A DNA stretch of 64,000 nt, from assembly GCA_047967505.1 (NCBI GenBank), contig CM106538.1. One strand, given 5' to 3'. This DNA comes from Dipteris shenzhenensis (taxonomy: Eukaryota). A program made the position numbers and the translations under genes. Under the pieces are notes generated by a model. That model did no database searches. It was not told the DNA's origin and was given only the letters and a program-made list of their open reading frames with translations. Each line of letters opens with the position of its first letter. Positions within the stretch are counted from its first letter, which is position 1. Shown here in pieces: positions 11,848-24,281 of this stretch.

Positions 11848-14800
11848 TCTATATCATCGACCCCTCAAAGTCTTGTAGGGATGGAGCACTTAAAGATGAG
11901 CAAATTCATTATGGCTTTTGAGCCTCGTCTTCACTCAAAAGTAATGAGTAAAGATCCAACAACGTACCTGGAGGCACTTCGCATTGTGACAAAGAAAGAA
12001 GCTTCTCTAAAGATTGAATCCTCTTTTGTGTCTTCAACAGCTTCAACTTCTAAGGTGGAGGTAATGGGCACTCCTCAGGTACCAAAGTCCTTTGAGTTAG
12101 ATCATAATATCTCCCAATTGATGGTAGAGTTTGCTGATTTGAAATTGCATTTGGTTAATGCACGACACCTGGAGCACCAAAGAGTGAGGATAGGCCTCGA
12201 GATAAGAGTGGGATCACTTGCTACTATGAATGTAATGAAAAAGGTCACTATCACCCTGAGTGTCCTAGATTGAGAAAGAAAGAAGAAAAACAAGTATCCT
12301 TGTTAGAAGCTTCTTCAGGGGATAAGGAAAGAGAGGTAATGATGTCTAAACGGGGGCGTGGTAAAGCAAAAGAAGAAGAAGAAAGCAAGGAAGATGTAGA
12401 TGAGGAACATTAGGAAGAGGAATGCCGTATTAAGAAAAAGGAGGCATCTAGAAGGAGAATTAGCCAGTCAGACTTTCCTTTAGGACAAGGAATTGGAAGC
12501 TATGACTTTTTATCCAACCTTAAAGAAAAGGAAGCTCATATCACCTTTGGTAAATTACTTGCTTTTTCTCCAGAACTATGGAAGGAATGGGGAAAGCTAG
12601 CAAGCACAAGAGTGTCAAAGAAGAAAAAGAAGAAAAGTGACATTCCTATTGTTCAAAAAGTAGATATAGATGTTGGTGGTGATGTACCTGTGGTTGATGT
12701 GATAATTGATGGTCAAGTGATTTCTAATGTGTACATTGATGGAGGTGCATCGATTAATGTCATGAGTGAGAAGACCATGATAGATGCCGATTAAAAGACT
12801 CTAGTACTACCTCTCCTTATCACATCAAATTGGCTAACAACACTAGGGTAAAGACCTTGGGAGTTGTGAAGAATCTAGAAGTGGATGTATGTGGAATTTC
12901 TGTGCTGACTACTTTTCAGCTGATCCCTACCAAGCCAGATGCACGTGCCTATCCATTGATTTTGGGAAGGCCCTGGCTATGCAAGGTGAAGGCTGTTCAA
13001 AAGTGGGATACTGGAGAATTGATTTTGCAAGGAAATGGTAAGAAGGTGCACTAGAACATTAGAAGCTACAAAAAGGAAGTTGTTAAGGAGAAGTCTTCAA
13101 CATCATAGAGATCAAGCTCTAGCTTAACTGATGAAGAAGAAGAGGTAGCTCAGAGGGTGAGGTGGAAGGAGTGGCCTTTGGTCTTTATCTTGGTGTTGAT
13201 CGAGATGAGTTAGTTGGGAACAAGGTGGTGGTACAAGAAGATCCTATAGAGACACTTCATGTGGAAGATGTGGAGCACACTACATGGCACCAATGCAATG
13301 AAGAGCTTCTTGGTGATTCTCTATCAGGTAGTGAGAAGCTCCAATACTTGGATATGTTAGATGATTTTCCATGTCTGTTTACAACAAGCTATTCACAAGT
13401 TCGGCTAGTCCCTCTTGTGGAGCACAAGATTGAGTTGAAGCAAGAAAGCAAGCCAGTTGTGCAACACTTAAGGCGATTTGGAGTGATCCAAGCTGAGGCA
13501 CTAAAGAAAGAGGTAACACAAATAATGCAGCTCAGTATAATGCTTTGATTCTTGGTCTGGAGGGTTGTCTTCAAAGTCAAGTTAAAGAATTGGAAATAAG
13601 ACGAGATTCTCATCTTATTATAAAGCAAATACAAGGGCATTACAAGACAAGAAGTTCATCAAAAGGCTATGGCACTATGTAGTCGATTTGATTTTTGCAA
13701 GTTTGTTCATATAAACAGAAAAGAAAATCAAAGGGTAGATGAGTTGGCCACTCAAGCCATTGTAGTACAAGACCGAGGGGTGGTTTCTTTGGTAGACATT
13801 GGATCGCTAGAACTGCAAGATGTTCAACAATATGTGAAAGAAGGCACAGGGTTAACTCCACAACAGAAGAAGAAATTGGTTACTTTTGGCCATACCTCCA
13901 TAAGGTTGTATATGAATGTTACCAATGGAACCTATCAACTTGAGGATGTTGACAGCATGGTGATACCCGAATGCACCAATGAGTATCGCCTTAAATTCTT
14001 CTATGCTCGACAACCTTGAGGGCCAACAAACCCTCTTTGTCACTAGAGAGGATCTGCTAGGGGGGGAAAGATGTGACGCCAAAAATTAATATTATTCATT
14101 TGGCATTGGTATTGTTTTTCTCTATGTTTGATAAGAGTTTGAGTATCAGGTGATAGCCTAGCGGCTCTCACTTATTTCTATTTTCTAAGATATTGTATGG
14201 GATTGAGAGAATGAGTGGAATGGATCATTGTAAATACCATGTGTATGAATGATAAATACCTTGGTATGGGGTGTGAGAGTTATTTGTGTATGGGATATTA
14301 TGAGGTTTTTAGAAAATAGGAAGAGTGAGTCATATAAAGAGGTGGGCTCATTTCCATGTGTTCCAATAATATAAGAGAGGCCACATGCCAAGTGTGTGGA
14401 AGGCATGTGGAGGAGCGTGGAGTCAAGAGGGATCCTTCTAGAATTCCTATGTGGAATAAGGAGGATGTGGGCATATGGAAAAGAGAGGGTCCCTATGGGC
14501 TCCATGTGGGGAGACTCTTGACTTTCTCAATATTTTAAAAGTCTTGAGCATCTTTTGATGGAACACATGGCAAGAGTACCCAAAAAGGACATGGATGGTG
14601 ACATACGGGCTTATGTGATTAATGGGGAAAGGAATCTACAAGTAGCAATTGTAAATGGGTGAAGGAGGGCGACAAAATCTCTATAAAAGGAGCCCTCCTC
14701 TCCCTTGTTCATCACCTCTTCCACCATTAGGCCTCATGTTGTTGTAGCTCTAGTCTCCTCAAGCCTCTTCCATAAACTTTCTCTCCCTCTTGTAGATATT

Positions 14801-14910
14801 CTCTTATGTAGACTCTTGAGTCCATCTCTCTCTAGTTCATTCTCTCTCTATGAGTAGTCTTGGAGCTACCACTTCCTAATTTGCTTCACAATATTAGTAT
14901 TAACTTCACA
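11848..14910 (+). mobile_element. Internally deleted Ty3/gypsy element (non-chromovirus, Tat-like) with 3' LTR
   Basis: Gag zinc knuckle (CYYECNEKGHYHPEC) near 12220, protease (VYIDGGAS; ILGRPWL) and RT start (EHKIELKQESKPV). Then an RNase H-like segment (FVHINRKENQRVDELA), PPT gggggggaaaga and an LTR starting tgtgac at 14072 with ctataaaaggag. Right end ~14890-14910. Confidence 0.8.
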
Positions 14911-14981
14911 TTGGCGATTAGAATGCCTTTTTCTATGAGAAAATATTTGATTGTGCTCTTCACTGCATCACGCTTCACATG

Positions 14982-17134
14982 CTAGATGATACGATATTCT
15001 ATGCAATGGTCTTTATCCTTTTTACCAAAAAACCATTGTTTATTCATTAATTTCTTTGCAGCCATGCTTGCATACTTATCTGGCAAGTTTCTCATAGGCC
15101 TCCACATCCTTCCATCATCTCCTTTTTCTTGACTTTCCTTGACTTTTGTATAATGAGGGAGATTCATATGTGATATATCCCTTCTCATATGCAACACACA
15201 CTTCTTTTATCTATTGGAACACTTCATGTAGATGGAAAATCATACTTGTGTAGTCCTAATACTTGTCCCTCACAATCTTAAGACTTGTCAGCACCTCTGT
15301 CCTTTCCTGATTTCCCCTTGGTACAATTGCACTCAAGCATGTGTAGAAATCAATAAGGTCCTCTCTTTTAGCTTTAGTAGTAATTCATTTTAAAGTGCTT
15401 ACATGAGAATGGAATGAACTCCATATGGTTCGTCCTTTCTCTAGCATCTCTGAAGTAAAAGTGATCTTTTGCAACGCGTGAATATCATGATTTAATTTAA
15501 GTATTTTTGACTCTATTAGATATTTTTTCTGATTCTTGACAATACATATGCATGCATCGTACCAATGGAATTGAGGAACTTGACTAAAGGCATCCAAAGA
15601 AACTCTTCGAGCATGCTTTTTGGCATTAGCATGCTCATTACAAGAAAATGCAAAGTGTTGCCCATCAACCAGCTCAAATGTGCAATGAGTTAAGAAATGA
15701 AACTCGGCATCCTTTATATGTCGGTTTGGACCTTTCACTGTACTTTGTCCTTCTTGTGCAAAGATGGAACCTATTGTCCGATGAAGTCAGTGAAATCGAT
15801 ACTATTCCTTTTGTCTTTGTCTGGCCAATATGCCATTGGACGGACAACCACATTTGACACTGTTGGCTTCTTTCCATCAACCAAAGCCTTGTAAAGCTAT
15901 TTAGCATAGACTAGGTCCAATGTATTGCTATTTGTGAAGATACGTGCTTTGAGCACCCTCTGTGCATTTACAACATATGTCTTTTGGCCCCAAATATAGC
16001 TTGGGCCATCATCTGTCCTCGGTGAGACAAAGATTTAGGTTCTTCATTGACATCATTTTGGCTCCTAAATCTGACCTATTTCATCACCTTCCTCTTATCT
16101 ATTCTAATTCTCTTCCTTTTTTCCTTTCTTTGTAGATGAATGAACTCTTTTTTAAGTACTTGTAGTGATACTAGGACTTCTATCACAACTCATGAAGTAC
16201 TCACCTTCAGTATTTGGCGTTGTGGTTTACTTTTTAGAGGCTCTATCAAAACTTCTTTAGACTGCCCTGCTTCTTTTTCTATTACCTGTTCTCAAGGTTT
16301 GTACTTGTTCTTGCATCCCATGACCTTCTTGAGTTACATCATCCAAGTGAGAATCCATGTGTGTGACACCCTCATCCAAGGCTACCGCATGTGTCTCAGC
16401 CACTCCACTTCCTCTCTCATATGTATGACCTTGAACCAAGGTTTCATGTCATATTTCTTCCCTTGCAGTTTCTTCCTCATATGTCTTAGCCACTCCACTT
16501 CCTCTCTCATTTGTATGACCTTGAACCAAGGTTGTATGTTGTGCCCCATCCTGTGCAGTTTCTACCTCATGTGTAGATCCTTTTACCTTATGCCTTTGTA
16601 TAATGGCACCTTGGAAGTATTCAAGTATTATCTTTAATTGTAGTCTCTTTGCTTCCACAATGGGGAATTGCTCCCATACAGGTTTGAGGATCTCCAATGT
16701 AGGCATCAATTCAAGAAATTGTTTTGTTTTTGGAGGTGGCATCACAAAGTGATTTGCATCTTTCTTGGATAGAATAATTTGTTGCCTATTGCCAGTTCTA
16801 AATGTGGTGTAAATTATTGTATCTAAAGTGTTGTCCTTCTTTATTGTGATTCTGAGTATAGTGCCTCCCTGAAGCATATTGCATTTTGCAAAAGTTGCAC
16901 CCAATGGCTGCTCATGTTCCTCAAAATCCCTCTTCGTCATCACTAAGAACAACTTTTTTTGTTTGGGACCAAGAACCAAGATCTCTTAGTGATCATGAGT
17001 ACAGTCCCTTGCAAGAAGTCCTTTGGGGCATAATCTTTTCCATTGTGCATCAAGGTCATAGCATTGACAAATACTGAAACATCAACATCCATGACAATCA
17101 TAGCATGCTCCATGATTCCTATATACAAAAACAA
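14982..17134 (-). pseudogene. Decayed unknown ORF(s), probably transposon-borne; ParB-like VDGQH motif and a 90-bp (30-aa) internal repeat
   Basis: Several minus-strand ORF fragments in series. FELVDGQH lies in 15385-15738. The 90-bp repeat is at 16399/16489. Confidence 0.4.
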
Positions 17135-17199
17135 TAAGGATAAGTCATTTTATATAGAACAATAAAATATTTTTTCACAAAAGAACAATGTGTGCCATT

Positions 17200-17308
17200 G
17201 ACAATCTATCCAATTATACAACTATCACAATCTGCCCAATGATCCCACTGTCATAGTCTGCCCAATGATACAACTGTCACAATCTACCCAATGATACAAC
17301 TATCTCCA
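17200..17308. repeat. ~26-bp minisatellite, ~4 copies
   Basis: acaatctgcccaatgatacaactgtc-like units. Confidence 0.75.
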
Positions 17309-18555
17309 TTTAAGAATAGCTTAGAAGACATAGCCTAGAAGGATTTACAAGGGTCAAATCTATACATAAATGATTTAAAAAATAATGGGTATAGCTTAGA
17401 AGGCTTTACAACATTTAATTATGTGCATAAACATATATTCAAAAAACCAATCATTGATACATTTTTAATTTGTCAGTGATAAAACTGTAATCTGCTCTAC
17501 GCAGTGATTTCAATTTGCACACTGATAAAATTGTAAACTACTCTGCGTAGTGATTTCAATTTGAACTGCCTTGCACATTGATACATACAGCTACCAATAT
17601 TGAACTATGCTCATCACTTGAGGGTTGTTGTGAGTGTGAAACTGCGTGTGAGCGAAGGGATAGATTCCGATTAGGAAGTATTTGGGAAATTTGGAGCATG
17701 GCTTCGATAGGCAACTTGGAGAGTTATGTCTCCCAAAGCGAGAAAAATATAACTTTAAATTTCAAAATTAATTTCATTTGGAAAAATAAATCTCTAAGTA
17801 ATTTACAATGCAAATAAAATCAAATTTAACAAATAAAAAATATATACAAAATTAAATTTAAATTCTAACTAACAAATTTTAAACTTAAATAAAATCGAAT
17901 TTACTAAACTTAAAATGTAAATAAAAATTAATTAAAAATTTTTCTAAAAGTACATGAAACTTAAAATTTTAAATTGTTACTAATTTAATAATTATCTAAC
18001 TACTAAATTCAAATTTTTAAATAAAATAAATTTTAACTAATCAAAAAAACTATTTCCAAATTTAAAATTTAAATTCTTTATGGGTAGGAATTCCCAGGCC
18101 CTTGAAATTTTCACTTAATGGGGTTCATTGACACTATCAAAATCTACTAGCATCATGAGGGCCGATCTCTTAAATAAGAACTCATTTATTGATCTTTGCA
18201 TCTTTACTTGTGCTAGAGAATTGCAAATGTCGCGACAACATTGCAACCTTAAATTCGTTCTTGGATTCTTGATATCTTTGAAAATATTATGGAGAAGAAG
18301 CTCTTCAAATACTACATTTGAGTGGAGTATATGTTTTCATTATCAATTGATCAATCATCAAAACAATGTGCCACTACAATAGAAATCTTACATTTTTTCA
18401 TGCTTGTGAATCTCAACATTGTCTTCAACCTGCATAGCTTGTTGTGCAAATTTTGACCTTTGTTCCAACGTTACATCAACTACGTTGGTGAATCTTTTGC
18501 CATACCCATGAGTTGAAGTTATGTGATGGAGACTAGCTCCTTGAGTTGGTAGGGT

Positions 18556-18672
<117 letters not shown>

Positions 18673-19110
18673 CAAAAAGAAGAATGAGACATTAGTAGAA
18701 GAGGCAAATAGCATGGCTTCTTGTCCTTATTCTCGAGTTTACAATTGGTTTTTCTTGGAGCCTTAATGTAGTATTATACACCCACACCTTTCTGTTGTAT
18801 TCTTCTTTAAGGCAAATGCATGGATGGAGAATCTACAGACCCATAAACACCATTACATATTGAGATCTTTGAATAATCTTTTCCTTGTTTTGTTAGCGTA
18901 TTGAGGTCTTTTTTGAAATAACATTATATTGAGTTCTTATTTTGTTAACATATTGAGGTCTTTGTCTTGGCCCTTATCTTGTAACAACAAAACATGAAAT
19001 GCCAAATGCACATTATGGATCCTTGTCCTTCTTCATAAGTATTTAGATATTTTTCCATAATCTTTATGCACCCACTCCTTTTTGTAGTATTTTTCTTCAA
19101 GACAAATCAA

Positions 19111-19253
<143 letters not shown>

Positions 19254-20099
19254 CCACCATCACCCCGTCATCCCATTCTTATGTAAAAGAAAAAGAAGAA
19301 ATATTTTTTTAAAAACAAGAATCTTGCATGGCATAGCACCAAATAGATTTCAAATTTAAAAATAGAAGCCACACAAGATAGATGCCACCATATATGTTCT
19401 TTATCAACAAAATTGGCCTTTTGTCTTCTACTCTAATTTTCAACTTTATTACACAATCCATCTTGCATACATAATTCAAAATCACCTTTCCACTCTAAAA
19501 ATGGTCTTATGCATCTAAATATGCTTGGAGTTTGATAGGACCTTTTAGCTCTAGTTTCTTGCTTGAAAAGACAAAGTAGTATTTCAAATCCAGGACAACA
19601 ATATTGTTTGAATCACCTTTTATATTTAATGTCATAATTAGTTTCTAAATTTCACAATCCTTTTTTTACTTTGATAGCATTTTTTATAAGTCTCGTAATA
19701 AGTTTTTCACTTCATCTCTATAATGATTTTTTCTCCAATTAGCAAAAAGAAGAAACCAAACAACTAAGATAGAATAGAGCCAAATGCCAAACCTTGTGCT
19801 AGACTATTAGTGAAAGCAAGAAAGCCTATCTAGGCCTAGACATTTGAAATAAACTTTTGATGAGGGTAAAAATTAAGACAGACACATGGTTATGGAAGTG
19901 TAGGTCATTGGGAGAATCTTTAAGGAACACACCTATAGAAGTATAAGTCATTGGACAAAACTTTTCCCAATATAAAGTTAAAAATAATAAATTGTAGAAC
20001 TATTTTCGGGGCCATTTTGGGGCTGCGACGCTCTCCTTGGTAAAATTTTGAATTTTGCATGGGCCTGTGCTCTTGCCAAAATTTTTCTCGACGTCATGA

Positions 20100-20580
20100 T
20101 GCCGTAGTAGCATGATAATGAGATGCAATCTATTCATTTTGAGCATTGCAATGCTCAACACATGACAATTTTGCACTACATCATGCATCTTTGCACTGCT
20201 TCACGTACCGTAGTCTCTAGCCTAACCACTTACCACCGTGTAGCCTTTTGCTGTACCTTTGCCACCTGTCATTGGGCACCGCACCCATGTAGATCATTAA
20301 AATTCAAGGTTATCTTAGAGAGACCACCGCACTGGCTCTTAGCATAATAATGAGACACAATCTATCATTCTAATACCACCGCAGCACAATCTCTGGCCTG
20401 ACCACCTATCATCGCGTAGCCTTTTGTAGCCACAGCTTTACCCATGTAGATCATAGGTTGGCTTGGAGAGATCACCATGTTTGTTTTTGGCATAATAATG
20501 AGATGCAATCTATCATTTTGAGCATCACCTCGGTGCACTCTCTGGCCTAACGACCTATCATCGCCCAAAATTCAAGCTTT
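20100..20580. repeat. Degenerate direct repeats (cataataatgagatgcaatctatcatt x3)
   Basis: Motif recurs at ~20111, 20344 and 20491 with similar flanks. Confidence 0.7.
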
Positions 20581-20769
20581 TGTCTAGAGCAACCACCGTG
20601 CTAGCTCTTGGAATTATAGCTCTGTTACCTATTTTTATGTATTATAGGAGGAGGTCTATGACAACCAGTGCACTGGCAAACAAAAGGAGATGTATGATAG
20701 TCATTGTGCAAGTTCTTGGAGTTATATATTTGTGTACCAAGGAAAATGTATTTCCTTGTGCAACCAAGC

Positions 20770-20935
20770 AAAATGCAGTTGACAATATGGCCCTTGAGGG
20801 GTCCCCTCTAGGGGCAAGGGCCATATCGACATGCCATATCTTTCTAGTGGCATCTTGGATATTCTATAATGCATGTCGATATGGCCCTTGCCCCTAGAGG
20901 GGACCCCTCAAGGGACATATTATCAATTGCATTTT
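20770..20935. repeat. Fold-back inverted repeat (65-bp arms, 36-bp spacer), MITE-like
   Basis: 20770-20834 is the reverse complement of 20871-20935 with 3 mismatches. Confidence 0.9.
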
Positions 20936-22249
20936 TTGAAAGTTTAATTATATTTTTCTAGATGTATCTCCATGCAACCACAATGATGGGTCATTGGAGC
21001 TATTTTAGTCCTAAACCAAGGAAATCGTAGTCCTACTTTATTGGTATTTTAGTCCTTGTTGCACTAAATATGAATGAGGGCAAAAGTATTCCAAGCCACT
21101 GTGGTGATTGGAGGCCTGGTGGTGCCATCCAAATAGATAAACAACTACAATTCATTGAGTGAAAATTGAGAAAAAGAGATTACAATGTACATCTACATCT
21201 AATAACAAGTTACATAAAGATTAACAACTTATACTAAGCAAAATCTGAATAGAGGATCTTACATTTATAAAAGCTCGACAATTGCTAAAAGCCTTAAAGG
21301 TCAAAAGATTACAGCTAGCAACCATAACCATTCAAATATAAAAGTTAACAATAGTGCATATTGAGAGCCTCAAATTGAAAAAAAAGAGATTACACAAATA
21401 TAATAAAAACTTAGTAATTGTTGAGAGCCTTGGAGACCAAAAATTACATCCAATGAGCCGAAAGATCACTGCGAGCCTTAGATGCCAAAAGATTACATCC
21501 AGCCATTTTGTAAAGTGGTTATGAGCCTCACCTAAGCAAGATGAAATTTGTACAACTCAGTATTTTTGCCAATGTAGCTCATTGAATTAAATTTTTTTAG
21601 GGAGCCAAAGGAGGAAACGATGGAGAGGCCAAAGACCATGCACATTTCTAGGACTTAGACTACATCCCCCCCAACAAGTTGAGAGTACTCTGCTATGAAA
21701 ATATTGAGGCCTTCATCAACGTCTAGCGGGAACCCATACAACACAATCATAAAGAGGCAAGAGGTGAGCATGTCATCTAAGGTGGTGACATGCAGATATG
21801 GGGGAATCAACTGTGGGAATGAAGGGTCTCCACTAGTGCCAACATTTTTACTCCAAGTGAGTGCAATGCAATCACCTTATATGAGAAGGTAGATATCATT
21901 GGGATCATAGTGCATTGAGGGGGGGTGGTAGTAGGCATGGTGAAGATGAGTGGGTGAGCAGCAAATGAGTAGGGGAGTAGATGAGTGATGAGAGTTGGAG
22001 GACAGAGTGTGGAGCAAAGTAGAGTAGGGGTAGAAAAGAGCTAGAGGAGGGGTGTGGTGCAAGTAGTAGAGTGTGTGGAGCAAAATAGCGGAGTAGCGAC
22101 TGTGGATGAGAGTAATGTAGTAAAATGCCAAATGCCATGGATCTTATATATTATAAAGTTTGAGCCACTGTGGTGGTTGGAGCCCGAGGTTCCATCCATA
22201 CTAATTGCAGGACACCACGATGGTATCTTAGGTGCCACCCCAGACAAGC

Positions 22250-23345
22250 TATTAATCATGAAGTAGATGCTCGATGGTGGGTGAGCAGGCCACAGCGATG
22301 GCTAGTAATTAACTGCCAACTTGGTGGAATCTTAGCCACAACAGACATGGCTGATGAGAGACACCACCACCGGGAATTAACTCCCACATAAGTAAATCAT
22401 GAAGCCTAATCACCTCTAATCACTCATTACCAGGCACTCTAGTACTCTATCGAGCATGAAAGCCTAGTGATTGGTAGTTGTTATTGCACTCATGGTGATC
22501 ATGCAAGCTTGATGGTGGGTGAGATGGCCACTGTGGTGGCTGGTAATTAATTGCCAGCCTAGTGGAATCATAACCCCATGATAGAGGTGGCTAATGAGAA
22601 CCACCACCACCAGGTAATGATTCCCACAAAATAAAATTATGAAGCCTAATCATCACCTCTAATCACTCATTACCATGCAATCTAGTACTCTACTAAGCAT
22701 GAAAGCCTAGTGACCTGGTAATTTTTACTACACTTGTAGTGATCATGCATGCTTCAGCCTGTGGGTGAGCAGGACACTGCGGTGGCTGGTAATTAACTAC
22801 CAGCCTGGTGGAATCTTAGCCATGACAGACATGGCTGATGAGAGCCACCACCATCGGACAATAATTACCACAAAAGTAAATCATGAATTCTAATCACCTC
22901 TAATCACTCATTATCATGCACTCTAGTACTCTATTAAGCATGCAAGCTCGGTGGTGGTAGCTGGTAGGTGAGTAAGTGCTCTCCACTAGGGTGGCTACTG
23001 GTAATTAACTTTCAGCCTGGTGGCCACAGATATGGCTGATGAGAGCCACCACCACTGGGCAAAAATTACCATAAATGTAAATTACGAAGCCTAATTACCT
23101 CTAATCACTCATTACCATGCACTCTAGAACTCTCTTGAGAATGCAAGCCCGGTGAGACTGGTAATTTACTACACTCATAGTAATCATGCATGTAAGCCAG
23201 ATGGTGGTAAATAGAAGGCGAGTAATTGCGGGCCACTACGGTTGCTGGTAATTAACCCACTTGGTGAATTTTATTTTGCCACCATAGACATGGCTGGGAA
23301 TCTTAGACACCACCCCCTCTAATCATTCATTACCATGCAAGGTAG
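22250..23345. repeat. Tandem repeat, ~200-243-bp unit, ~4.5 copies
   Basis: cctctaatca(c/t)tcatta recurs at ~22413, 22656, 22897, 23098 and 23316, together with ggtaattaac and gagccaccacc motifs. Confidence 0.88.
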
Positions 23346-23417
23346 TACTGCCTTCTTGAATTAATCAAAATTTGGGCCAGTCACTACGGTGGATCTAACC
23401 TTGACAGTGTAGTCAGC

Positions 23418-23588
23418 CTACAAACTTAAGCCTCCACTATTCCATTCCTTTAATTGTTTTGTCTTCTTTCCCTCTCGACCGTTTCTTTCTCCCTTGCACT
23501 CGGACTACAAACTCAAGCCGCCACTATTCCATCTCCTTGACTGTTTCATCTTGTATCCCTCTCGACCATTTCTATCTCCCTTGCACTC
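23418..23588. repeat. 87-bp direct duplication
   Basis: ctacaaact..ctcccttgcactc occurs at 23418 and 23505. Confidence 0.8.
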
Positions 23589-23611
23589 TTTCTGCTGTTG
23601 GAGTAGCTTGG

Positions 23612-23945
23612 TGACAAGATAGAGGCAACCAGATAAACAATGAAGCATGTTTATTCATTGAGAGAGTGCCATTATATAAACACTGGGTACATCCATAGAT
23701 TACCTCATATGTGAGCTCAACAGTGAGCATCTAGATCCACAATCATCTCCATGAATCTCTCAAGCACACACCACACTCCTAGATTCACTCATTCACACCT
23801 ACTAACTGACACATCATCAGTCACACCTAACTCAGGCTCACCTACACACACACACATGTTCACACACTCAATCACATGATCACTCGCAACCATAGACCTT
23901 GGTATGATCCATTGCATCAATTTGTCCTTCATACCCCCCACAAAT
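23612..23945 (-). mobile_element. Putative 3' LTR plus PPT of another LTR family
   Basis: On the minus strand, tgtggggggta (PPT-like) is followed by TGaagg... ending ...ttgtCA at 23612. No partner LTR seen. Confidence 0.4.
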
Positions 23946-24281
23946 TGATGACCTCAACCCTAGCAGTAGCTCATGGGAAACTTCATGGCTTGCCCACCTC
24001 TTGTGGCAACACACATGATCCACAACCTGGTACTCACTCTAGTTGCATCAATAGTAGACTCATTTGGGCATCCTCACCCCAACATGATCTCACTCTGACT
24101 TTGGTCTCTTGGTTTACAATTTGGAAGACTAGACAATGATTATGCATGGGAAGTCCCCATAGGTCTAGCAAGGTAAAACTCACATAAGGCTAACAGTCAT
24201 TTGACGGGGACATCCCAAGGCAGACAACCTTATTGACCACACACATACAAAAAATCTAATTTGAAGATGTGGGGAAATCCC

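Noticed and set aside
21600-21690. PPT-like ggggggga followed by TG on the minus strand
   Set aside because: No identifiable LTR end, partner or coding domain.
22250-23345. Possible CRISPR-like array
   Set aside because: Whole units are homologous with no unique spacers, there are no cas genes, and the context is eukaryotic.
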